Assembly: GCF_009914755.1 (NCBI RefSeq)
Contig: NC_060926.1
Origin: the human T2T-CHM13v2.0 reference genome, Homo sapiens
Length of the DNA: 64,000 bases
Strand: one strand, 5' to 3'
Shown here one piece after another: positions 12,669 through 24,545 of the stretch (position 1 is the first letter of the stretch; each line of letters starts with the position of its first letter). The translations under genes and the position numbers were made by a program. The notes below the pieces were generated by a model that was given only the letters and a program-made list of their open reading frames with translations, had not been told where the DNA came from and did not search any database.

Positions 12669-13599
12669 AGATCAAATTTAATTCAGACAGATGTCCCTAC
12701 TTACAAGAAAATGTAACAGAAGCAACTGCAAGGTTTAACAACTAATAGTGAAAAACAATGGTTCATTTCAGAGAATGGCAGGTCAGCATGTTATCAGAGC
12801 TGCAATAGGTGATAGCTCATCGATATATGACAGTAACACACAAATATTGCTGATGAAAAGGCCTCATTCTCTAAAGTGTTGCTGTAAGAAATCTATACAT
12901 ATTGAATGGTTAGTTTACAATTAGGCAATAAAACAAAGGAGCTTAATTATCCATTTACATAAGACAAAAATTAGTCCCCTATGAGAGCTCCAAATAAAAT
13001 TATCTGAGATTGACCACTGCATGCCATAAATTTCCAATGAGTAAAATGATTTTGCTATCCTAAATTAAGGTCATAAATATTTGCAAAAGGAAAAATATGA
13101 GATATGACAACTCTTCTGCTCATTGCAGTTATTCTCTGATTGACAAAATTTGCCTCAGTAAACCAACTGGAGGATGATCCATGGAGATCCTATGAAGATG
13201 CAATCATTCATTCATTTCTGACAGAAGACCTCGGTAGCCACAGGTGTCCAGATGAGAGTAAACAGTAAGTTCTGAGATGTTTGGGGGAGCATTATTCCAG
13301 TACTGAATTGTTTTAAGCATGGTGAGACTATTCTACTGAGTATTTAAAATGTTTTCAAGTGTCGTAATGGTACTTCAGAGACAGCCCAGCCTTGTTCTTC
13401 ATAACAACAATGGATTACTATATAGACTAGTTTAGCAGTAAGTAGCTGGATTGTTGAAGGTAACGTGGTTTTGTAACAGAGGAGAGTTGATTGTTTCTCA
13501 GTTTTGGTCATGAATAAAATTAGAAGTTCCATGTACAATAAATTTTTTAAGTCTGCAAAAGTGCATAAAACACATTTGAAATATTTAAGCATTGAGAAA

Positions 13600-15676
13600 G
13601 AGAGAGATAGAGCAAAAAGGTGGAGTAGGACCCTCCAGTTATCATTTCCCTGCAGAAACATCTATTTGAACAAGTATTCACACCAAAAATATTTTCACAA
13701 GAGCTATGAAAAGCAGGTAAAAGATCACAGAACCTGATTGTAGTACAATAATACGAAAAGATACACTGAAGAGGGTAAGAAGGACAGTTTTACACTACCC
13801 ATGTCACCATTCCCCCTACTATAGGCAATATACACAGAGAGAGATTCCATGTACTTGGGAAAAAGGGAGGAAAGTAAGCACAGGATTTTGCCATGGACTG
13901 CAACACTGGATCTGTCAAAGTAACCTTGGCACCATATTCCAGGCTGGCACTCACAGAATGACCCTCAGGATCCACCCTGGTACCAGGCAAGACCACACAG
14001 CCCCAGCCTTCAGGCTTGCACGGCAGAATTGATCTCTAGCCTGCATACTGACAGGCCTACTTTGGTAGCCCGAGGCTCTAGAAAGCCTTCAGTGTTTATC
14101 TGTATTACGTTGAAATTCACTGAGCCTTCTTAAAACAATAATTTTGAAGGCTGTGGACAGCCCTTAGTGTCAGGGAACCTCAGTGACCCCAGAATTCTGG
14201 CACATTTCAGTATCATGGCAGTTGCATCTGCCCTGGGCTTCTGCCAGTGCCAGACCCAGTCACAGTGTGCCCCAGATCATTAGCATGCCCCAAGACTTCA
14301 CTGCCTGCATCTTCCATGGGCTTCTGGCTCACCCCAGTGCCATGCCTGCTGCAGAAATTTCACAAAGCCAGTGTGTGAAAACTAAAATAATACCTAATTC
14401 AAATGTGCAAAAATCAATGCTCCATCACAAAAATCAGGGAAACAAGTCATCACCAGACAAAGTGATGGGTCAGTGACTGACACTAAAGAAATGGAAATGT
14501 ATAAACTGCCTGACAGTTTAATATAATTGTTTTGAGAAAGGTCAATGAATTTCAAGATAATACAAAGAAATAAATCAACAAAATAAGGAAAACAGCAAGA
14601 GACCAGAATGAGAAATTTAATAAAAAGATTCAAATAATTTTAAAAGGTAGACAGAAATCATAGAGCTAAAGAGTACAATGAACAAAACAATAAATACAAT
14701 AAAGAGAATCAATAGCAGAACTGATTAGCAGAAAAAAGGATCTGTGAACTTGAAGACGGGTTATTTAAAAATATTTAGTCAAAGAACAAAAGAAGAAAAA
14801 AATGAAAAGGAATGAAGAAAGCTTATGGGATTTATGAGACAACATCAAAAGAGCAAATTTTTGACTCATAGAAATTTAAGAAGGAGAAAAGAAAAATAAA
14901 GGAATAGAAATCTTATTTAAGAAAGAGTAGCAGTTCCAGAGACTTGGAGTGGAATAACAATTAAACAAAAATCAAGGAAAATAAATAGTAGCAGAAAACA
15001 TTCTAAAGCTAGAAAAGATGTAAATACCTAGGTATAAGAAGGTCAGATTCCTCAAACAGATTCAATCTAAGCAAAACTACCCTAAGATGCTTTAATAGAA
15101 ATGTCATAAATGTAAGCCAAAGAGAGGATGCTGAAAACAGCAAGAAGAAAGAAACACACATTTTATAAGGAAGTTCCTATACAATAGCAGCAGACATCTC
15201 AAAGAAACCTCACAGGCCAGTAGAAAGAGGGATAATATACATAAAGTGTTAAAGGGAAATTAACTGTGAAACAAGAAAACTGTACCCTGAAAAGCTATCC
15301 TTCAGAAATGAAGGAGTAATAAAGACTTTCCTAGACAACAAAAACTAAGGAAATTTTTCACCACTAGATCTGTCTTACAAAAAAAATGCTAAAGGGAGTT
15401 CTTCAAACTGAAAGAAAAAGATGCTAATGAGTAACACAAAAACATCTGAAAGCATAACACTCACTAGTAAATGTAAGTACACAGTCAAATTCATAATACT
15501 CTAATACTGTTAGGGTGGTAAGTAAATCAGTTATATCTTTATTATGAAGGTTGAAAGACAAAATTAATAAAAATTAAAATACCTACAATAATTTAAGGGA
15601 TATGCAATATAAAAAGATTTAACTTGTTACATCAAAAATTCAACATTTGGGATGGGTAGTAGAGTAAAAATGTATA

Positions 15677-15712
<36 letters not shown>

Positions 15713-16040
15713 GTGTGATCACTATCAACCTGTTTTTAGCTTAAAACAATCTGATGTAACTATAAATGATTTTTGTTTGCTTTATGATAACCCCAAAGCA
15801 ACAGTCTAAGTAGATCACAAAAAACCACAAAGCAAGGTATCAAAACATAAAATTCAAGAAAATCACTTACTTCACCACAAAGGAAGACAGAAAGGAAGAG
15901 TGAAATAACAAAATAAATAATCTTTGAAACAACTGAAAATCACTTAACAAAGTGGCAGTAGAAAGTGCTTACTTATTAATAATTACCTTGAATTTAAATA
16001 AATTAACATTTCCAATCGTAAGACACAGAGTGGCTGAATA
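13600..16040 (+). mobile_element. L1M (L1MA-class) 5' portion: 5'UTR, decayed ORF1, start of ORF2
   Basis: The 5'UTR resembles the reverse complement of the L1MA 5' end at ~52800-52990. ORF1-like tract 14400-15420 (aaagctatccttcagaaatgaaggag). EN start 'aataattaccttgaat...aagacacagagtggctgaat' ends at ~16040. Confidence 0.85.
15680..15717. repeat. (TG)n microsatellite
   Basis: Seen directly. Confidence 0.95.
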
Positions 16041-16790
16041 TAGTAATACATCTCATTCAATTTCTATTAGATTTACCATTAGGTTTTAGATACATCTTGA
16101 TGTGATTTGTAAATTGAATATTTTAAAGTTTCATTGTTTTTGCTGGCACACAAAAATACAATTAACTCTTGCATTTTGAATATACATCCAGTAACTCACT
16201 TCTTCATTCTTATTTATAGATTCTTTTGGATTTTATACATATAAAAACATAATATATTTGAATAATGATGATTTTATTTCTTTTCTAGTTCTTATTATTT
16301 TTAATTCTTTTTGCCATCTTTGCTGACTACAAACAAGCATCCTTGCCTTACTCCTAATCAGAGAGAGAAAGCTTGCAACATTTTACCATTTAATTTTATT
16401 TTCACTGTAGTACTTTGCAAAATTCCTTTATCAAGTTGAGAAATTTCCTTCCAATTTTGACTTTACTAAAATATTTTCCTTTTTAAACTTTCATTTATCA
16501 AATCCCATTTCTGTATCTATTCAGTCATATGTTCCTTTTTCTTCCTTCTGTTAATGTATTATACTACATATATTGATTTTAGCATGTTAAACCAAACTTG
16601 AATTCCTAGGATGAATCTACTTTGGTTGTATTGTCTTTTTAAATATATCACTGGACTAGGGTTCTCGTATTTGAAGATGTTTTCATCTATGTTCTATGAG
16701 TTACATTGGACTACAGTTTTTCCCTAATACTCTTACCAAACATGTCAAGATAATATTCAGCTCATAAAATAAATTCAAATAGTTGTCTTA

Positions 16791-16963
16791 CTTATTTATT
16801 TTTTAGAGACAAGGTCTCACTCTGTCGTTCAGGCTGGATCACTATGGATAGAAGCTATCATCCCACTAGGGCACTCTAGCTCTGAACTCCTGGGCTCAAG
16901 CGATCCTCCCTCCTTCGCCTTCCAAAGTGTTAGGATTGCAGGAGTGAGCCACCTCATCTGGCC
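16791..16963 (-). mobile_element. Free Alu monomer (FLAM/FAM-like)
   Basis: agagacaaggtctcactctgtc...gaactcctgggctcaagcgatcctccc...ccaaagtgttaggattgcaggagtgagccacc; single arm only. Confidence 0.8.
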
Positions 16964-17318
16964 AGATTTCTTATTGTTTGGAATTTACATATAGTTAGCT
17001 ATTTTAACTTTGTTAGGATTCAGCAATAAGTCATCTGCATCTGTACTTTGCTGGAAAGTTTTTAACTGGAGATTTAATTTACTTAAAGTTTAAGAGATTA
17101 CAGTTTTAAAAGAGTTTAGAAGACTACACAGAATTTTAATTTCTTCTCAAATTAGCAATAATTATTATTTTGTAGAAATCTGTACAAGTCATCTATAGTG
17201 CTAATGTATTGGCACAGAAATATTTACAAAAAATATGGTTATATAACCTCATAATCTTTCTCCAACATCGTTTTCGTAATAATATTATTAATATCAGCAG
17301 GGCTTTCAGGATGTTCAC

Positions 17319-18241
17319 TTTTTTCACCTTAATAAATCTACTTTAATTCCAAAAGAAATTAATCCAGATTGGACAGTAATGTACAACACAGACTTTTATG
17401 TTTCTTTTATAAATATCTAACCTAATATAATTTTCCTTATTTTTATGTGTGCTATAAATAATAATTTTATCTTAGATTTCAGAGTCTTAACAGGATTAAA
17501 CCATTTTCTTGCAACCACTACTTTATGCGTATGAAGGGTCTGAACTTGCAGTGTCCTCGTTTCTTAAATCCAAGTTAATTACAGTATCCTCTCAAGAAGA
17601 AGATTTTCCTAAGTTATTAATGACTTGGTTCCATTTTTTAAAAAAATGGTTTTGGCAAACATGACCACAGAAAATTCTGTTATTCTCTATTGATTCACGA
17701 TATGAGAAAAAAGGATGATGCACAATTCTACAGAAAAAGTAGGTTTATGGGCAGTTCTGATAGCATTTTACATGGTAAAGTATCAAAAAGTCTAATAAGC
17801 ATCTCCCTTGCTCAGGGATAAAAGTTATTTTAAAGTATTTCTCTTCTGAATTGCTCAGTAACTTCAGGTGGTTTTCAAATTGAGAGGCAGATTATTGGCA
17901 TCAAGTTCATCAAATTTACATCTGTTGTGAACAGCGACTTTATAGAAATCAAGAACATCTCTAACGCTGCACAGCTCGTGAAGCCTGGAGTTAGGGACTA
18001 CAATGGCCATGCCGAGACTGAACTTCAGATTACCATCTTCCAGGGATCTGTCCTCTCAATTACCGGGAAGAAATGAACCAAAACCTCTTTACCAGGTTCA
18101 AAACGACTCTCTGGAGATCTTCAGGTGATAAGTATGTTTGGCTTTGTAAGGGTAGGGCATGCCAGAGTATTCCTTTTTCACCTCTTCTGCCACCTCAGCT
18201 ACCACTGGCTCTTTATCTTTCCTCGATCGAGACCAAAATTG
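17319..18241 (-). pseudogene. MRPL50: Decayed, 5'-truncated, probably processed pseudogene of mitochondrial ribosomal protein L50. Coding remnant 18241->17855; putative 3'UTR to ~17319. Parent gene MRPL50; locus number not determined.
   Basis: Manual minus-strand translation gives [51 protein letters not shown] and [47 protein letters not shown]. Recalled MRPL50 segments are [51 protein letters not shown] and [48 protein letters not shown]. Frameshifts, stops and a deletion of the LAHLADD segment are present. Candidate ATTAAA (17347-17342) and A6 (17324-17319) on the minus strand; 3' limit tentative. Confidence 0.93.
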
Positions 18242-19575
18242 CTATTATTTTGACTTCTTGAGATGAACTCCTAAATCATTTCTTTTCAGCTATTCTTTCA
18301 TTAATCATTTAAGACCAAATATCTGCCTAAGCATAGCTTTAGGTGGGACCCATATCCTTTGAATATGCAGTTTTATATTACTATTTAGCTCAAATATTTT
18401 CTGGTTTACAATGTGATTTTTTCTTTGAATCATGAATTTCTTAGAAATGCATAATCTGCAAACTTTTGAAGAGTTTCTAATTAACTTATTGATATTGTCT
18501 AATTTCAATTTTTTGTGTTCAGACAACATGTTCTGTATGATTTCAACCATTTGAAATGTTTTATAAGATGTACGTTAAAGCTATTCATATGTCCAATTAT
18601 GGTAAATATTTCATATATACCTAATTCATTCTCTAGTTTTTGAGATTCAAAATGTTCATAATACAGGTTTTGAGATTCAGCATTTCATATGTGTCAGTTA
18701 GACTGATTTTGTTAATAATATCGCTTAACTTTCTGTAATTTAGTGATTTTTTATCTGCATATTTTATCAGTTACTAAGAGAGTGGTATTAAAACATCCCA
18801 TTATGTTTATGGATTTTTCTACTGCAATTTTGATTCTGTTAAAGTTTGAATTTTGTATTTTGAGGTTACGTTGTAAAGTAAAGTACGTGCAAATTTAGAA
18901 ATGTTATGTTTCTCCTGAAGAATAAGTTTATTGTCATTGTAAAACATGACGGTTTTATCTCTAATTTTTTGCCCTAAAGTTTACATTGTTTGATATTAAA
19001 GCTATGTTCTGCTGGTTAGTGTTTGTGTAATAAACTTGTTTCATCTATTCCCTTGAATCTTTTAGTATTGTCTTCACAGGCAAGTCAGTGAACTTAAATA
19101 TATTACTGTTATCTAAACTCATCCAAAATTTTATGCTCTTGTTGTTATATATTTACAGCATATACAAAAACACTCTTAAAACATTAATATTATTGTTTTA
19201 TATCATCTGTTTTCTCTTAGATGAACCACCGTATTTACTCTTTCCCTTGCATTTTACTTTTGTCAGGAGAATACCCTTGATATTTCCTGTGGTATAGGTC
19301 TTCCGGCAAAAAGTTTTATGAGTTCTTGTTCATATGAAATGTCTTTACCTTTATTTCCATCTTCACTTCGAAAATTATATTGTAGTTTTTTAGCTTTTGT
19401 TGTTTCTATTAAGAAGTTAGCTTGAGTATAATTTATCTTTCTTTGAAAGTAATTGTTTGCCTCCGGCTGTTTTAAGATTTTTCTCTTTCTCATTGGTTTT
19501 CATACGTAGAACAGAAGATAATGTTCTACGTATGTGCTAGAGGTTTGTAGTACTTCATGAATTTGTAGCAGTGAT

Positions 19576-19639
19576 ATTCATTATATTGACAACACTTCAG
19601 GTATTGTCAATTCATTATACTGACAATATTTCAGGTATT
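19576..19639. repeat. 34-bp-period tandem duplication
   Basis: attcattatattgacaacacttcaggtatt (19576) and attcattatactgacaatatttcaggtatt (19610). Confidence 0.9.
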
Positions 19640-19826
19640 ACCTATTTAAACATCACTCTTGTCTAGTCTCCCTTTTATCTTTCTAGGATATCAATTGCAT
19701 GGGTGGTGCAAATTCTCACTGGATCCTCTATGTCTCTTATTCTTTCTTATGTATTTACATTTTTTGTTGTTGTTTTTGGTTCTGTTTTGCTTTTTGTGGT
19801 ACAGGATGGTTATTTCAGTCCCAGAG

Positions 19827-19940
19827 AATCTACTGAGTATTCACTACATTATACACACATTGCAGGAAGCTTTGAAGAGTGGAGAAAAAGCAAAAATCAT
19901 TACATCTGCTCTTAAGAACTTTTCAATCTCTTGGGGAAAA
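19827..19940 (-). mobile_element. L2 3'-end fragment
   Basis: aatctactgagtattcactac...tctgctcttaagaacttttcaatctcttgggg resembles the reverse L2 3' end. Confidence 0.55.
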
Positions 19941-21254
19941 AAAACAAAACAAACAAAAATCGTGGGCTTTCTGAGAAAAGGAGAAGTCTATGTTTTAATG
20001 ACATTCTGAGTGAGAAAACATTCCAAATTGTATTAAATGATATAATTTGTGTTTCTCTCATCCATCTCATATTAACCTGCACAGAGATGGAGAAAAAGTT
20101 AGCCAATCTAGTACTCATTGTGATATCTCATTGACAACCAATCTTGAGGCATTTGTCAAAAAAGTTACTCTAACAGTAAGGTGTAACCCAAATCAAATTA
20201 ATAAGTAATTTTTGAAGCATTTTTTAATGTCAAAAGACAGTCTTTTATTGCATTTAGCAAGACTGTTGCTTTTAAAATTGTGTGTTTTCTGATTGAATAA
20301 GGTAAAATATTTAACTCCATCCTGGCCAGATTATAATACATTTTAGCAAAATTATTTTGCATAAAGCCTTTTGCTTAAAACTTTACCATTTAATGACTCA
20401 CCTTTACAGAGCACATTACTCTGTTTTATTCTCAACTACAACATTTGGGTAAAGTATAATGCTCTCAATTGTGTGTGACAAGCTCCACTCACCTCCTCTT
20501 TGGTAGAAGAATATTAGGAACTGAATGCTATCTGAATATTGATCTAAGATCACTCTTTAATATTCAGCCTTTTTCATTAATTGCCTTTATCATTCAATCT
20601 TGGTTCTGTCTTGCTATCAAGGCTATCTCTGCATCAAGAAGAAATTTGTTACCAGCCAAAAAAAGAGGAGGTTTTAATTCACTGCTTTCTCTCTCTAAAC
20701 ACCTCGAGCATTGCAAAAAATAAAAATAAAAAATAAAAAAAGCTATTGCGGTTCCCAGCCATGCCTTTAGAATTTGCTATAACCATCTAATCCTTTATGT
20801 TCTCTGGGGTGAGAGTGGTGAGCAGAGAATTCATCTTCCTGCACGGTTTCTGCCAGTTAAGTTCCAATGGCAAAAATACTAACACAATGGCAGGAACAAA
20901 CAAGAAAACAAATTAATATTGAAACAGTATCCCCTCCTTCATTATCATATTTCTGTCACATTTTGACTTTTTGATTAAATTTATAACTATACTTAGTGAG
21001 TAGCAAATTGTATCCACTATCACTACAGCTATAACAAGTATTTTAGGCACTTTTATTTTGCAAGGGATAATGCAAAATATATCTCAGTCAATTTTTTTCA
21101 TATTCACATTCTTTCCTGATTACTTCCCCTAACCCTAAACTTCTTAAAAACTACTTTAAATTCACCAGTATATGTGTATGTCTTATAGGATTTCTCTTCC
21201 ATGTGCAATTTCTATGAGTCAACAAAACTGTGTGCTAAATTTGAACATGTACCA

Positions 21255-21425
21255 TTTGGAATCAGAGGGGCTTAGGTTTGACTTCCAGCTTTGACATGCG
21301 CTTGCTTGGTCGCCCTGAGCTAGTCAGTTTATCCCTGTGGCTTCTATTCTTTCACTTATTAAAGGGGGAAATAGGAGCTTCCTCACAGTATTGTTCTGAG
21401 GATTGGAATTAACATATTTATAATT
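21255..21425 (+). mobile_element. MIR SINE
   Basis: ttggaatcaga...aggtttgacttccagctttg...cttcctcacagtattgttctgaggatt. Confidence 0.7.
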
Positions 21426-21657
21426 ATTTTTGTATAGACGATAATCAATAATTTTTCCAACAGTAATTATAGAATAATAAGTATTGTTTTGATACACAGT
21501 ATCTTTCTTTTGATTCATACTATACATAAACATGCCTTGTGACAGAAAATAGATTTGTTTTCCTTTTCATCATAAAATGAATAAGTACCAAAATGGAGAA
21601 CAATTCTTAGGAATTGTTTTACTGTAAAAGTCCGTTCACTATCTCTGATAATTTTTA

Positions 21658-22385
21658 AAAGTAGAATTTGAAAGTAGAATAATAGATAGAAAAGTAAGGC
21701 CCTAATTATTTTTAATGGAAGGCTCTAGAAGTCAGAAGGATTAGACTTGTCTTCTCCAATCCTACTCCATTTACCACAGATTCACGGAGCTTTAAATTAT
21801 AGTTAGAGATCACTTTCATTTTGCTACAATTTTTTATATGAATCTTTTTTAAGATTGTCAGGATAGTATTAGGAAGTAGAGGAAGGCTTTAGTTCTAGAG
21901 GAGGCATATTCAAATTACGGGTAAAATGAAATCTACGGTTACTATTTGTGTGATATCCAAAACTGAGGACAGAGTATGTTTCTAAGAGGTGGATCAGTGA
22001 CAAAACTGAATACGATATCAAGTGTTGAGAAGCGGAAAAATAACTAGCCTATACCCCCAGACTTTTAAGCCAAGCCTGGAAAAGCAAGAAAAAGAAAAAG
22101 AGAAGAAAATAATACAGAAAGGAAAGAAATTTAAGTGAGCATATTTTTAATTTTCTTGTTTGTTCTAGCCAGAACTTTTCACTGGGGGTATGTCTACCTT
22201 TCTGACTGAAAGTAAAATTGGCAGTAGAATAGTAAATACAAAGTAAGCCCCTCATTACTTTTAAGGAAAGGTTCTAGAAGGTGTGAGAATTAGGAATTTT
22301 TCTCCAAATGTAATCTTTTTTTTTTTTTTTTTACCACAGATTCATATAGCTCAAGATCTCAGAATACACTTTCCCTTTTGTTATG
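21658..22385. repeat. Imperfect ~170-bp direct duplication (21658-21828 and 22209-22385)
   Basis: Colinear shared blocks agtagaata, aaagtaag-ccct-atta-ttttaa, tctagaag, ttctccaa, tttaccacagattca, cactttc. Confidence 0.85.
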
Positions 22386-22752
22386 ATAGAACAGGGCTCA
22401 GTAACTGCCTTTTATCCACACGATCATTAGCCATGAAATAATATATTCTTATTTTCTAAAGAAACTAATTCTTAGAGTGATTCAATAATTCTTCAAGAGG
22501 TGACAGAATTTCAGTGGCATTCAACTTAAGGATTCTTCCTTATCTTTTAAGTCCTTTGGATTTTACCTTATAGATAACACAGTTCGGAGCCCACTGAAGA
22601 TCAAACGCTTTAAGGTACTTACTCATCTTTTATCCAACTTTTCTACCCTTGCATACATTTGTACCCCACCCCACAGATATGTGCTATTCCAGACTCACGG
22701 TATTATAGTTTTACAATGTTATTATACCTTCAATGCGTTTTAAAAGAATGGG

Positions 22753-23126
22753 TGAATTAGCCCATTGTCACACTGCTATAAATATACTACCCAAGACTGG
22801 ATAAGTCACAAAGGAAAGAGGTTTAATAAACTCACACTTCCACATGGCTGGGAGGCCTCAGGAAACTTACACTTATGGCATAAGGCAAAGGGGAAGCAAG
22901 GACCTTCTTCACGTGGCAGCAGGAAAGAGAAGAGTGTATGTAGGAGGAAATGTCACATACTTATAAAACTATCAGATCTCCTGAGAACACACTTGCTACC
23001 ATGAGAACAACATGGGGGAACCCCCATCCCATGATCCAGTCACCTCCCACCAGGTCTCTTCCTCAACACCTGGAGATGGCAATTCAAGATGACATTTGGG
23101 TGGAGACACAAAGCCAAACCATATCA
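22753..23126 (-). mobile_element. THE1 (THE1C/D-like) solo LTR
   Basis: tgaattagcccattgtcacactgctataa ... gggaggcctcaggaaacttaca ... agccaaaccatatca. Perfect TSD atggg (22748-22752 / 23127-23131). Confidence 0.93.
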
Positions 23127-23131
23127 ATGGG

Positions 23132-23235
23132 TAACATTTATTGAGGTCTTACTCTTGCAATAACTGTGTTAAGAATGTTTTAAGCAGTATTTTACATAAA
23201 CTCACCAGCAACCTAAAGAGACTGGCAATATTTTA
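23132..23235 (-). mobile_element. MIR 3' fragment
   Basis: taacatttattgaggtcttact...actgtgttaagaatgtttta...ctcaccagcaacct. Confidence 0.6.
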
Positions 23236-24039
23236 AGATCAGGGCTAATCTCTCCAGTGTGACTACCTGTTAAGCAGTTACGACTAGAGCTGCTGTAAAG
23301 GATGGAAGTTGCAGCATGAATCGAAGTAAGTTTGCTTAGGGACTCAAGACAAAGACAGATATGTAATGCATGCAGAAAAAGAAGGCTCCAAGTGAGAACA
23401 GAGACTGCTGGCAGAGTGTACAGAGTTATGCATCTTTTTCCAATGCAATTTTATAGATAGGAAGTAAAAGGCTGCAAAATAATAAGAATTGTAAAACCTC
23501 AGTCAAAAGAGACTTTTGAAGTTATTTTGCCCAGTATTCCACTTAATATAAAAGTCATCTCTGGGAAAAGGTATAAAGGTAGGTTATTTAGTAGAGTAGA
23601 ATGATAAAGCTTTAGATATTAAACTATGGCCCACAACTGCTACTGAAAGCAAATACAACATAAAGAGGGATTGTGAGATAGCCAGTGAAGACATTTGCAT
23701 AACTAAAAGACTATTCAAGGAGGACATGTGTCCTTGGTGGTGAGACTCAAGACAGGGTCCTTCTGATGATCAGATAATATAAAGTAAACATGGAAGTGAA
23801 TGGATGCCAGCAGTGTCAGAAGAGGTACCTAAATCAGGGTGTGGCTGAAGGACACGCTCTCAGAAGAGATGCTATAGAAATTAGTTGAAATATAGAAGGA
23901 CATTACAGGGTAAAAGAAGTAGGGGCAAAAAAAAAAAAAAGGCAGAAAAAATGTGAGTATTGTATTGCCAGCACCTTGGTATATGACTAGCCCTTACTCA
24001 AAACTTATACAGTGAAGGCACCTCATAATAAGTCTAGCA

Positions 24040-24480
24040 TATTAAATATAAAAACTTGTATTTTGTCCTGAAGGCAAAGTAGAAATGTGGAAAATTGACT
24101 GTGGGGATATTCATTTTAAACCAGAAGAACTAGCTTGAAGTCATTTCAGAAATTCCTATGAGAAATGTTAAAAGTTTGAAACCAGACAGTGGTGGTGAAA
24201 TACAGAAGATTATTTAATCTGTTAAATTAATAGAGCTGGTGATGCAAGGAGAGTGACATTTTCTGGCTTAAACAGCCAGGAAAATAGTGGTATTTTTAAT
24301 GAATCTCAGGTTCTAATTCATTGGTATAAAAAAACAACAACAACAAGTACTTAGCAAGGGTTATGTATGGAGGGATTCCATATTAGACATGTTAATTTAG
24401 CGCAACCTCAAGGAAGGAGATGTCTGAAAGTCTGTTGCATAAACAGCATGGGATTTCCAAAAAGAGAGTTGGGCCAAGTT
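24040..24480 (-). mobile_element. L2 internal fragment
   Basis: ttgtattttgtcctgaaggcaa ... tttctggcttaaacagcc ... ttagacatgttaattt ... ggagatgtc resemble reverse L2. Confidence 0.55.
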
Positions 24481-24519
24481 CAGGTTACAATGAAACATTT
24501 TTAGAAGATTGAGCTAATT

Positions 24520-24545
24520 ACACACACACACACACACACACACAA
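24520..24545. repeat. (CA)n microsatellite
   Basis: Seen directly. Confidence 0.95.

Larger units (their letters stand above)
16041..19750 (-). mobile_element. Ancient L1 (L1M/L1ME) ORF2-ORF1 remnant; host of the Alu monomer and the MRPL50 pseudogene
   Basis: Antisense ORF2 motifs at 16330-16740 and 18250-18960. Antisense ORF1 motifs at 19270-19500 (ccggctgttttaagattttctctttctcattgg). Confidence 0.7.

Noticed and set aside
18073-18261. 62-aa + strand ORF
   Set aside because: Antisense shadow of the MRPL50 pseudogene.
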